From: an uncultured Anaerovibrio sp.
Lineage (GTDB): Bacteria > Bacillota > Negativicutes > Selenomonadales > Selenomonadaceae
Reading direction: 5' to 3'
DNA: 32,859 nucleotides
Assembly: GCA_902785445.1 (NCBI GenBank)
Contig: CACZYN010000001.1
Coordinates: 1-32,859, forward strand
Each line of letters starts with the position of its first letter. The stretch's first letter is position 1. A program made the position numbers and the translations under genes. Shown one piece after another: positions 9,545-18,333 of this stretch. A model generated the notes under the pieces. It was not told the origin of the DNA. It saw only the letters and a program-made list of their open reading frames with translations, and searched no databases.

Positions 9545-10510
9545 ATGCCATTAGTTGATACCAGGGAAATGTTTGATAAAGCCTATGCAGGCGGGTATGC
9601 CATTGGCGCCTTTAATGTCAACAATATGGAGATTGTCCAGGGTATTGTTGCTGCTGCTGAGGAAACTCAGTCGCCGGTTATCTTGCAGGCTTCCGCTGGC
9701 GCCAGAAAATATGCTGGTGCTGAGTATCTTTTTGGTTTGGTTCAGTCAGCTTTGAAGGTTAGCAGTGTTCCTATTGCTTTGCACTTGGATCATGGCGCAG
9801 ATTTTGAAACCTGTAAGTCCTGTATTGATGGCGGTTTTACATCGGTTATGATTGATGGATCGGCCCATTCCTTTGAGGCAAATATTGCTATTACCAAGGA
9901 AGTTGTTGAATATGCCCATGCCCATGGCGTTGTAGTTGAGGGCGAGCTCGGGCAGCTGGAAGGCATTGAGGATGATGTGAACGTTTCCAGCGAAAATGCT
10001 TCCTATACCCAGCCAGATGAGGTTGAGGAATTTGTTAGCCGTACCGGTGTTGATTCCTTGGCTATTGCAATAGGTACCAGTCATGGTGCTTTTAAGTTCC
10101 GTCCAGAGCAGTGTACCAGAAATGCTGAGGGTGTTTTAGTTCCACCAGAGCTTCGTTTTGACATTTTGGACGAAATCTCCAAGCGTCTGCCAAACTTCCC
10201 AATCGTATTGCATGGTGCTTCTTCCGTGGTTCCTAAGTACGTAGAGATTATCAATCACTTTGGTGGTAATTTGAAGGATGCTATTGGTATTCCGGAGGAT
10301 CAGCTCCGTAAGGCAGCCCGCAGTGCAGTTTGCAAGATCAACATTGATTCGGATATGCGCTTGGCCTTGACCGCTGGTATTCGTGAGCATATGGCTAAGT
10401 ATCCGGAGCACTTTGATCCACGTCAGTACCTGAAGCCAGCCCGGCAGAATATTCAGGACATTGTAGCCCATAAGATCAGAAATGTTCTGGGCTCCGATGG
10501 CAAAGCATAA
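9545..10510 (+). CDS. fba: Class II fructose-bisphosphate aldolase
   Basis: IGAFNVNNME, LHLDHG, SVMIDGS, VEGELG, IGTSHGAFK, VLHGAS, KINIDSD. Extended -10 TGTTATAAT upstream. Confidence 0.96.
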   Translation: MPLVDTREMFDKAYAGGYAIGAFNVNNMEIVQGIVAAAEETQSPVILQASAGARKYAGAEYLFGLVQSALKVSSVPIALHLDHGADFETCKSCIDGGFTSVMIDGSAHSFEANIAITKEVVEYAHAHGVVVEGELGQLEGIEDDVNVSSENASYTQPDEVEEFVSRTGVDSLAIAIGTSHGAFKFRPEQCTRNAEGVLVPPELRFDILDEISKRLPNFPIVLHGASSVVPKYVEIINHFGGNLKDAIGIPEDQLRKAARSAVCKINIDSDMRLALTAGIREHMAKYPEHFDPRQYLKPARQNIQDIVAHKIRNVLGSDGKA

Positions 10511-10540
10511 AAGGTGATTTGTTAAATTTTTAACCATAAT

Positions 10541-10578
10541 AAAAATCGTGCTTCTCATGATGAGAGGCACGATTTTTT
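10541..10578. terminator. Bidirectional terminator between convergent fba and the cNMP-domain gene
   Basis: AAAAATCGTGCTTCTCA-TGA-TGAGAGGCACGATTTTTT. Confidence 0.85.
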
Positions 10579-10585
10579 GTTTCCT

Positions 10586-12706
10586 TTACAGTTTCAAATA
10601 TTCAGCTTCCAGCTGAACTTCCTTTGGCAGTTCCTTGGTCATGGTAAGGATTTTGCGGGAGAACAGATCCAAAGTATGTTCCTTTTCATCCTGGCTGATT
10701 CGCCATGCATCCAACAATTTACGGTACTGTGGATTTACGCTGAGAGCATCCCTGTACTTCTTGGATAAAGTACAATACTTAAACAAAATCTCTCTGGCCA
10801 CTCGATTAAGCTTCGGAATGCCATTAGATTCGTTGTTGATGTACAGTTCATATTCCGAGGCGAAAACACTGCGGTAGTTATTACCATATTTCTTCAAGGA
10901 GGCCCGAACCTTCTCCTTCATATCGTCGGATAACTCGGACATCTTCTTGTAGAACTGCAGGTAATTAACATACTCGGCGGTAAGGGACGGATCGGAAATA
11001 TCGCTGTAATGTACACCCTGAACGCGTTTGCACAATTCCCAACGGAACTGGGCGCAAATGGAAACCATGGTGTTTTCCAGATTTTCCGAATGGAAAATGG
11101 AGAACATGAAATGGGCTGGGGTAGTACGAACACGACCTTCAATTTCCTGCCACATTACACCGCGGCTGCCGTAGTTTGGCATAAGAATAATATATGGCAA
11201 TACCTCAACATTGTAGACATAACGATTGATTTTAAGCTCTGGATAGCTGGTAAAGCCCTGGCGATAGAAACAGCCAAAATCAATGGAACGTACCCGATTG
11301 AGGGCGGCCCGGACAGCTTCAACACTGGATAGGCACTGCTCCAATGGACGGGATACCATTTGGGCATAAAATACCGGAATGAAGGAGAACACGCTGCCAA
11401 AGGTCATCTTATTGGCACTGGTAATCATGTTATGAATTTCATAACTAACCATGGCTTTCGGGTCCTTCAGCATGGCATCTGCCTGGGCTTGAGTAACATT
11501 GCCCTGGCGCACTTCTTCCTTCAGATGTTCACCCCAATCATTGTCGAATTCGTCCTTGGAAGGTTTAACTTCCATGGTATAGATTTTCTGCAGCCATTTG
11601 TAAGCTGGCAGAATAGTACCTTCCGGGTCATCTTCCCATAATAGGGCATATTTGTAGAGAGCAGCCGTGTTTTCAGCACCAGCCATGTTTTCGTCCACAA
11701 AGCCAAAGAAGAAGAACATCTTCACTTCTGCTGGTACCTCATTGGTTTCCAGAGCCTTAAAGAAGGCGGCTTCATAAACCTTATAGAAAGTTTCCGTGAT
11801 GCGCAGGCGAAGTGCCCGCATTTCACCAGATTTTTCTGTCTTATCAGGACAATCCATGAATTTTTTCAAATCCTTGGCAAAATTGTCACTGGTATCCCGG
11901 TCAATATCAGCAAAGGCCATAATGGTGTGGAAGGCATTTTTAATCTGTGGCAGCTTGCCACTGCCGGACTCCATAGCCTCCTGACGCTTGGCATCGTCCA
12001 GTTTGGCCTTCTGGGAGTGATATTCCTTGATGAAGTCATCATTGTCCAATTTAGTCCGCTGGATAAAGGACAAAGCCGCTTCAATTTGTGGTTGGATTTC
12101 CTGGGCCAATTTGGCAGCCAGTAAAATGGTTCCAATACAGAAGTTGATATCGGCAGGATAATATTCCTTGCGCAACAGCTCATTCTTTTCCTGATAGCTG
12201 CGGCAGAAGTTAACCTGCCAACTGGTGAGAATAGCCGGTTCCTCTGGTGGGAACAAAATGTTGATGGAATCATAGCTGTTTGGCATGATCATCAGCTCGG
12301 CACAAATATTCTTATAGTTGGCATAGTCATTTTTTATGGATTTACACAGTTTACCGCATTTTTCGTGGAGGGAAGCCAGAGTCTCGATTATACCGTTCAG
12401 AATGTCGATAGTGGCTGAAGCCATGGCTGGTGCCACAGATGCAGTCTCATTTATGGCATTTACCAGGTCATCCTCGGACTTGTAATCATATACAAAGAGA
12501 GTGCTGTCCTCCTCAGCAATATAATCATAGTGATAAACCTCACCACAATATTGAAACGCGCCTAAAATAGAACCATTTTCTGCTGACAAGGTAATGTCAT
12601 CATTGCTTCTAAGCTTGAAGCTACCCTTCAAAAGGATGGCTATTTCGGTTACTTCTTCACCACGTTTATGCCAGACTTGTCCTTTGGCAATATCAATTTT
12701 TGCCAT
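10586..12706 (-). CDS. 706-aa protein of unknown function with an N-terminal cyclic-nucleotide-binding-like (Crp-type beta-roll) domain
   Basis: N-terminus KGQVWHKRGEEVTEIAILLKGSFKL...GSILG...YIAEEDSTLFVY resembles the cNMP-binding fold. The long C-terminal part is not recognised. Purine-rich RBS. Confidence 0.65.
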   Translation of the reverse strand: MAKIDIAKGQVWHKRGEEVTEIAILLKGSFKLRSNDDITLSAENGSILGAFQYCGEVYHYDYIAEEDSTLFVYDYKSEDDLVNAINETASVAPAMASATIDILNGIIETLASLHEKCGKLCKSIKNDYANYKNICAELMIMPNSYDSINILFPPEEPAILTSWQVNFCRSYQEKNELLRKEYYPADINFCIGTILLAAKLAQEIQPQIEAALSFIQRTKLDNDDFIKEYHSQKAKLDDAKRQEAMESGSGKLPQIKNAFHTIMAFADIDRDTSDNFAKDLKKFMDCPDKTEKSGEMRALRLRITETFYKVYEAAFFKALETNEVPAEVKMFFFFGFVDENMAGAENTAALYKYALLWEDDPEGTILPAYKWLQKIYTMEVKPSKDEFDNDWGEHLKEEVRQGNVTQAQADAMLKDPKAMVSYEIHNMITSANKMTFGSVFSFIPVFYAQMVSRPLEQCLSSVEAVRAALNRVRSIDFGCFYRQGFTSYPELKINRYVYNVEVLPYIILMPNYGSRGVMWQEIEGRVRTTPAHFMFSIFHSENLENTMVSICAQFRWELCKRVQGVHYSDISDPSLTAEYVNYLQFYKKMSELSDDMKEKVRASLKKYGNNYRSVFASEYELYINNESNGIPKLNRVAREILFKYCTLSKKYRDALSVNPQYRKLLDAWRISQDEKEHTLDLFSRKILTMTKELPKEVQLEAEYLKL

Positions 12707-12785
12707 GTTATAAACCGCCTTCCCCTAAAAAAATGTCGTTCCCATATATTTTATCACAATTCATATGGACACTCCACCTGTCTTT

Positions 12786-13697
12786 TTACCCATAAAATGC
12801 TTTGAACATATCGGAAGGCATATGGGAAAAAACGGATGTATATTCCTTGTTGAGGGGATTGAAAACTTCCAGATGATAAGCATGAAGAGCCTGTCGATTG
12901 GTTAATTTCGTGTCACCGCCGTATAAATCATCACCCAAAAGGGGAAAGCCAATAGCTGCCATATGAACGCGTATTTGGTGAGTTCGACCGGTTTTCAGTT
13001 CCAGTCTAATCAATGATTTGCCATTATTTACGGCAAGAGTTTGATAATGGGTTTCGGCAAATTGACCATCAGGAGCACATATACGCTGAATTATACTGTC
13101 AGGATGCCGCTTTATGGGCAGGTCAATGACACCGGCTTGGGTTGGTAAAATACCATTGATGATAGCCAAATAGCTGCGCTTAAACAACTTTCCGGTGATG
13201 TTTTTAGCCTGTAATATTTTTTGTGTAATGTTTCCCGGTTGAGTCAGGGCACTTTGGAGCTGGGGGAGCTTGGCCACTACCACTAATCCGGTGGTATTTC
13301 GGTCCAGTCGGTGTACCGGATGAAAATCTACATTTTGTCCAGTTCGTTGATAATAATATTTTAATCCGTTACCTAAAGTATTGGTATGGTCTTTCCCGGT
13401 GGGATGTACCAAAATTCCCGCTGGCTTGTTTAATACGATCAGATAGTCGTCTTCATAACGAATATCCATGTCCATTTCCGTGGCAACGATGTCAGAGCTT
13501 TCCGGCAAATGGCAGGTAACAGTGTCTCCCTGCTGCACCATAGCCATAGTGGCTTTTATCGGTGTTCCGTTTACTGCGATGGTACCGTGCCATTTCAGGC
13601 GGCGCCATAGCCCTTGGGAAACTCCACAATTATTCTTTAGAAAAGCCCTGACCGAAATAGGGGCCAGGGCTTCTTTAACCTGATAGGTTATCTCCAT
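12786..13697 (-). CDS. RluA-family pseudouridine synthase
   Basis: NKPAGILVHP, HRLDRNTTG, LKTGRTHQIRVH, GDDLYG, QALHA. Confidence 0.95.
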   Translation of the reverse strand: MEITYQVKEALAPISVRAFLKNNCGVSQGLWRRLKWHGTIAVNGTPIKATMAMVQQGDTVTCHLPESSDIVATEMDMDIRYEDDYLIVLNKPAGILVHPTGKDHTNTLGNGLKYYYQRTGQNVDFHPVHRLDRNTTGLVVVAKLPQLQSALTQPGNITQKILQAKNITGKLFKRSYLAIINGILPTQAGVIDLPIKRHPDSIIQRICAPDGQFAETHYQTLAVNNGKSLIRLELKTGRTHQIRVHMAAIGFPLLGDDLYGGDTKLTNRQALHAYHLEVFNPLNKEYTSVFSHMPSDMFKAFYG

Positions 13698-13702
13698 GGT
13701 AA

Positions 13703-14950
13703 TTATTCCTCACCGCGGAGCTTTTTTATAATGTTGAAGCATACGCTTAAAATAATGGCTACAACAGTGGCCAGAGACATACCGGACAAGGTTGTGGAAC
13801 CAATTGTTATGCTGGCAGTACTTACACCGATACCCAGTACGATGGCAGTAAGCATCAGATTAATTGGCTTGTTGTAGTCAATTTTGCTGTCTACCAGTAC
13901 CCGAATACCGGAAGCGGCGATAACACCGAAGAGCAACATGGAAACACCGCCCATTACTGGGGTAGGAATGCTCTGGATAGCAGCTGCCAGCTTACCAAAG
14001 CAGGACAGGATGATGGCGAAAATAGCCGCACCGCCAATAACCCAAGTACTGAAAACCTTGGAAATGGCCAACACACCAATGTTTTCACCATAAGTGGTGT
14101 TTGGAGTGGAACCAAAGAAACCAGAAATCATAGTGGAAAGACCATTACCGATGATGGAGCGATCTAAACCAGGATCCTTTGTCAAGTCAGAGCCAACAAT
14201 GTTACCAGTTACGAACAGATGGCCAACATGTTCGGCAATAACCACCAAAGCAGCCGGCAGAATAATGGTAATGGCAGTAAGATTAAACTCTGGGGTGTAG
14301 AAGGTTGGCAGAGCAAACCAAGGAGCCTGTTCTACCAGACTGAAATCAACAATACCAAAGGCTACAGATAAAATATAGCCACAGATAATACCAATGAGAA
14401 TTGGAATAATGGCCAAAAAGCCACGGAATAAAATCTGTGCCAACAAAGTAATAGCCAAGGTGGCAATAGAAATGGTGATTGCCACGGTATCTGGTTCTTT
14501 GGCAGTAAGACCTGCCATGCCAGCAGCAGTAGGCATCAGCTCCAGACCGATAACGGCTACGATGGCACCCATGGCAGCCGGTGGAAAGATGAAATCAATC
14601 CAGCTGGTACCAACAGCCCGGATAATCAGACCAACCAGAACAAAAACGGCACCGACCGCGATAAAACCGCCTAAGGCTGCTTCATAGCTATACTGGCTGA
14701 GTACGGCGAATACTGGTGAAATAAAGGCAAAGCTGGAACCCAGATAAGCTGGGATTTTGCCACGGCATATAAATAAATACAGTAAGGTACCAATACCGTT
14801 GAACAGCAGGATAGTTGCCGGATCAACCTTAAAGAGTATTGGCACTAATACTGTAGAACCAAACATGGCAAATAAATGTTGAAGACTAAGCGGAATAGTT
14901 TTTGTAATAGGTGGCCTCTCATGGACCTGAATTACGCGATTCTCACTCAT
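13703..14950 (-). CDS. uraA: Uracil permease (NAT/NCS2 family, UraA/PyrP)
   Basis: SLQHLFAMFG, YLGSSFAFI, EHVGH, NAT motif PNTTYGENIGVLAISKV. AAAGGAG RBS before ATG 14950. Confidence 0.93.
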   Translation of the reverse strand: MSENRVIQVHERPPITKTIPLSLQHLFAMFGSTVLVPILFKVDPATILLFNGIGTLLYLFICRGKIPAYLGSSFAFISPVFAVLSQYSYEAALGGFIAVGAVFVLVGLIIRAVGTSWIDFIFPPAAMGAIVAVIGLELMPTAAGMAGLTAKEPDTVAITISIATLAITLLAQILFRGFLAIIPILIGIICGYILSVAFGIVDFSLVEQAPWFALPTFYTPEFNLTAITIILPAALVVIAEHVGHLFVTGNIVGSDLTKDPGLDRSIIGNGLSTMISGFFGSTPNTTYGENIGVLAISKVFSTWVIGGAAIFAIILSCFGKLAAAIQSIPTPVMGGVSMLLFGVIAASGIRVLVDSKIDYNKPINLMLTAIVLGIGVSTASITIGSTTLSGMSLATVVAIILSVCFNIIKKLRGEE

Positions 14951-15082
14951 TAATAAAAACACTCCTTTAAAATTACATAAAGTGGGCTCAAAAAACCCTA
15001 TAAGAATTTATCACAAAAAAAGCAACTTGTCCATTTATAAGTTGGAAAGTTGCTTGGAATGTTAAATGCCTATTTTTATTGT

Positions 15083-15574
15083 TTATTGCAGGTGAGTACG
15101 CCAATAGTCCATGTCAGGTTCGCTAAGAGGCAGGGAAACCTTATCACCATTGTCATAGTTAAACTGTATGGTAATAACATCGGCCTTTTTTATTGCCTCA
15201 AAGGACTCCGGGGGAAACTCCACAAACAGCTTATTAGTATTTTTTAAAGTGGTTTTGTCGTTGAAAAAAGCAATGGAATAGCTAGGGGGAGTCTGTCTCA
15301 CCGCAGCATCCAGCTCAAAGGTATCATCGTCACATATCATGGTAAGTGTTGGCAGCAGTTTCGCACTGGAATAGCGATAATCCAGTATGGTGAGGGTGGC
15401 GGAATCAATTTTTCCCTGCCTGTCCACTCCCGTTTGAAAATCAATGTCACAGTAGCCGGACAGATTATCGCAAGGCCGATGATCGTACACATAGGTAAAA
15501 CCCCAGCCAAAGCCACCGATTAATATAAAAATAATACCAATCGCCATAAAAAATTTATGATGAATTTTTTTCAT
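15083..15574 (-). CDS. Hypothetical protein with an N-terminal membrane anchor/signal peptide
   Basis: 163-aa ORF with a basic N-terminus and hydrophobic helix. Starts 6 nt after the recombinase stop, with AAGGA inside the recombinase 3' end. Confidence 0.75.
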   Translation of the reverse strand: MKKIHHKFFMAIGIIFILIGGFGWGFTYVYDHRPCDNLSGYCDIDFQTGVDRQGKIDSATLTILDYRYSSAKLLPTLTMICDDDTFELDAAVRQTPPSYSIAFFNDKTTLKNTNKLFVEFPPESFEAIKKADVITIQFNYDNGDKVSLPLSEPDMDYWRTHLQ

Positions 15575-15580
15575 AAATGA

Positions 15581-16579
15581 TTAATCCTTTCTTGGTGCTG
15601 TACCAAACATACGATTAAGAGGATTTTCCTTAAACAGATTACCCTGCTCAATGTAGCGGTATACCATTTTTTCCGATTTATGTCGGGTCTGACGCATGAT
15701 GGATAAAGCGTCCAGATCATGCTGGGCGGCACTGGTGGCAAAGCCTCGTCTGAGACTGTGCCCAGCGAAATCATCTGGATTCATACCCAGCATAGCCATA
15801 TATTTTTTTACTACCAGGGCAACGGCCTTGTCAGTAAGCTGAGTATCCCGGGGCTCTAAATTGCGTTTAAAGCCACGAAATAATGGTCCGCTGGTAATCC
15901 CTGCAGCATGAATCCAGTCCTTGACTGCAGTAACTGCGCAGATATGCGGATCTGGAGCGTAGGGAATGGCGATGTTGCTGCCGTGGCCTAATTGGTCTCC
16001 CTTGGATTGGGGAATAAAAATAACCATTCCCTGAGGAGAAAAGGTGATATCGTCCATATCGATGGCCACCAGCTCAGAGCGTCGAAATGCTCCCGCAAAT
16101 CCAAGAAAAAGCAACGCCTTGTCCCGTATAGATACCAAATCACCGGCATCAAATAAATCTGCCAGCAGTGAGACGGTTTCCATAAGAATAGGAGACTTGC
16201 CGTGCTGGAATGTACCCTTTTCCCGGCGGATGGCCCGCATGGCATTCATAACCATGCCGCTTTTTGCCGGGTTATCATCCTTGTAGCCTGCCGCGATATG
16301 ATTTTCCGATATGGCGGTTATTCTTCTGGCAACAGTATTAGCTTTGGCGTGATCCGCCAGATCATTAATATAATTTACGATGGTTTCGGAAGAACATGGC
16401 AGAGATGATACCTGATGTACTTCACACCAATAAGCGAAGTCCTTCCAGTCGGCTGCATAGGATTTCAGGGTGTTGTCTGACTTGGACTTGCTCATGCGTC
16501 GCTTACTTTTAGTTGATAGCTTCGCATTATTGCTTATATTGTCATTTTCGTATAGAAAAAAATCTTTTCTTTCCGTCAT
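15581..16579 (-). CDS. Cre-like tyrosine recombinase
   Basis: NTLKSYAADWKDF core-binding domain. Catalytic set R (GAFRRSELV), K (SKGDQ), HxxR (GHSLRRGFAT), H (TRHKS), Y (VYRY). AGGTGA RBS. Confidence 0.92.
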   Translation of the reverse strand: MTERKDFFLYENDNISNNAKLSTKSKRRMSKSKSDNTLKSYAADWKDFAYWCEVHQVSSLPCSSETIVNYINDLADHAKANTVARRITAISENHIAAGYKDDNPAKSGMVMNAMRAIRREKGTFQHGKSPILMETVSLLADLFDAGDLVSIRDKALLFLGFAGAFRRSELVAIDMDDITFSPQGMVIFIPQSKGDQLGHGSNIAIPYAPDPHICAVTAVKDWIHAAGITSGPLFRGFKRNLEPRDTQLTDKAVALVVKKYMAMLGMNPDDFAGHSLRRGFATSAAQHDLDALSIMRQTRHKSEKMVYRYIEQGNLFKENPLNRMFGTAPRKD

Positions 16580-16700
16580 TTTTATTCACCTAATTTATAT
16601 TTTATACACAAAAACAAATCAAATCAATAGAGTGACATACCGTAAAGAAGTTAATTGGTGTATAATGTTAAAGAATATAACAAGAAAGGTCTTTGGTAGA

Positions 16701-17477
16701 ATGACAGCTGACAGTCCTATAGGCATAATGGATTCAGGTATGGGTGGCATAAGTGTTCTGCGGGAAATTACCGCCCTGCTGCCCCATGAGAATTGTATAT
16801 TTTATGGAGATTCAAAAAATGCTCCTTATGGGAGCCGCAGTACGGAAGAAATATATCATTTGACGGCCAATGTGGTGGATAATCTCTTGGAGCAGGGAGT
16901 AAAGGCCGTGGTGATTGCCTGCAATACTGCCAGCAGTGCCGCCGGAAAACGGCTGCGGGAAAAATATCCCCAGCTGCCCATTATAGCCATTGAGCCGGCT
17001 CTGAAACCGGCGGTGATTAATTGTCCGGGGGGACGGGTATTGGTATTGGCCACGGAAGCTACCCTGCGGGAGCGAAAATTTGCCAATCTGATGGAGGAAT
17101 GGAAGGACCGGGCGGAAATCATTAAAATGCCGTTGCCGGGCTTGCCGGAATTTGTGGAGCGGGGTGAGTTGGATTCCCCAGCCCTGCGGGAATTTTTGTT
17201 GGGACATTTTAAGAGTCTGGGAGAGAAAAAGCCTGACGGAGTGGTTTTGGGCTGTACCCATTATCCCTTTGTGCGTCGGGTAATCAGTGAGCTCTTTGAC
17301 AATAAAGTGAAGATATATGATGGGGCGGCGGGCACAGCACGTCAGCTGCGCCGTCGGCTCTATTCCCGTAATCTGCTTAATCCAACCACAGAAAAAGGGA
17401 CCATCACATGGCTAAATAGTAGTGATGATGCCCAGATGATTGAGCTGTCCAAGAAACTATATGAAATAGAAATATAA
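16701..17477 (+). CDS. murI: Glutamate racemase
   Basis: IGIMDSGMGG, PYGSR, VIACNTAS, VLGCTHYPF. GAAAGGT RBS before ATG 16701. Confidence 0.96.
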   Translation: MTADSPIGIMDSGMGGISVLREITALLPHENCIFYGDSKNAPYGSRSTEEIYHLTANVVDNLLEQGVKAVVIACNTASSAAGKRLREKYPQLPIIAIEPALKPAVINCPGGRVLVLATEATLRERKFANLMEEWKDRAEIIKMPLPGLPEFVERGELDSPALREFLLGHFKSLGEKKPDGVVLGCTHYPFVRRVISELFDNKVKIYDGAAGTARQLRRRLYSRNLLNPTTEKGTITWLNSSDDAQMIELSKKLYEIEI

Positions 17478-17585
17478 TAGTATGTCTAATAAAATAATCG
17501 CCTATTCAATGTGTCCAAAAATTTGGGTACATATCAGTAACAAATCCAAGTAATAATTCTTCATAATAATCAACGTTCTATGCAC

Positions 17586-17614
17586 TTGAATTTACTGATA
17601 GTATGTTATATAAT
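17586..17614 (+). promoter_or_regulatory. Sigma-A-type promoter for the riboswitch-EamA transcript
   Basis: TTGAAT (17586-17591), 17-nt spacer, TATAAT (17609-17614). Confidence 0.75.
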
Positions 17615-17620
17615 GACAGA

Positions 17621-17737
17621 CAAATTTATATTTGAGCTTATTAATCTCCCCGGGGATTGTGTGAAGAAGCGTTATTATCCGTTCTGTAGGGTTGTTGCGG
17701 AAGCAACAGTGGAGTGGATAATAACGCTTTATGTTTT
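17621..17737 (+). ncRNA. Probable guanidine-IV (GGAM-1)-type riboswitch/attenuator
   Basis: P1 hairpin AATCTC-CCCG-GGGATT (17643-17658). An 18-bp terminator stem (17667-17684/17712-17729) has a loop beginning TGTAGGG and is followed by a U-rich run. It lies between a promoter and an EamA/DMT gene. Confidence 0.68.
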
Positions 17738-17765
17738 AGGTGGTTTTAATGAAGGAGTTGGTTAA

Positions 17766-18191
17766 ATGAACGGGTTGGCTTTCTGGGGGCCCTTTGCCCT
17801 TACGGTTTTATCAAATGTTTTGTATCACAATATAGCAAAATGGACACCAGTTTCTCTTAGTCCAATGCTGGGGCTTGGTGTTACATACTTTGTAAGTTTT
17901 GTCCTTTGCGTGATAGGCTATTATTTTACTGGCGGTGGCATCAGAAACGATATTCAGGATTTGAACTGGGTAAGTGTTGCCTGGGGCGTGGTATTGGTAG
18001 GAATTGAAGTGGGATATTTACTTCTGTACAGGGCTGGATGGGAAATCAGTCTTGCGCCTCTTATGGTCAATGTTTCAGCTGCGTTAATTCTTATCGCACT
18101 GGGTGTTGGTCTTTATCATGAGAGTATTACGATAAAACAGGGAATAGGAATAATTTTCTGTTTTATTGGATTTTTCCTTGTGCGGATGTAA
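17766..18191 (+). CDS. Single-domain EamA/DMT-superfamily small transporter
   Basis: 141 aa with about 5 TM helices. SNVLYH..K, GIEVGYLLLYRAGWEISLAPL, LYHESITIKQGIG. AAGGAG RBS. Confidence 0.85.
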   Translation: MNGLAFWGPFALTVLSNVLYHNIAKWTPVSLSPMLGLGVTYFVSFVLCVIGYYFTGGGIRNDIQDLNWVSVAWGVVLVGIEVGYLLLYRAGWEISLAPLMVNVSAALILIALGVGLYHESITIKQGIGIIFCFIGFFLVRM

Positions 18192-18248
18192 GCAGATAAT
18201 AAGCATACAAAAGGAAGCACCTAAAGGTACTAGCGGTGCTACTCTTAT

Positions 18249-18310
18249 GTCGCCTCCGGCATACAGCCCGCCCATAAAAGAAAGGCCAGTCCCAAGACCA
18301 GCCATTCTTT
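18249..18310. repeat. Recurrent intergenic module, copy 1 (motif + minus-strand terminator hairpin)
   Basis: GTCGCCTCCGGCAT (18249-18262) and GCCCATAAAA (18270-18279) recur exactly at 22005-22018 and 22027-22036. The following AAAGGCCAGTCCCAAGACCAGCC reads as a terminator on the minus strand. Confidence 0.7.
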
Positions 18311-18333
18311 CTGTTAAACTATAAAACCTATAT

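Noticed and set aside
14951-15082. PyrR attenuator upstream of uraA
   Set aside because: No AGUCC..GAGAG PyrR-binding loop or terminator/antiterminator set is visible in the 132-nt gap.
16470-16700. 77-aa N-terminal extension of MurI in the ORF track
   Set aside because: It overlaps the divergent recombinase gene. The RBS and homology pattern support a start at 16701.
17580-17765. 61-aa ORF upstream of EamA
   Set aside because: It overlaps the promoter and riboswitch hairpins and has no RBS. The region is better explained as a leader RNA.
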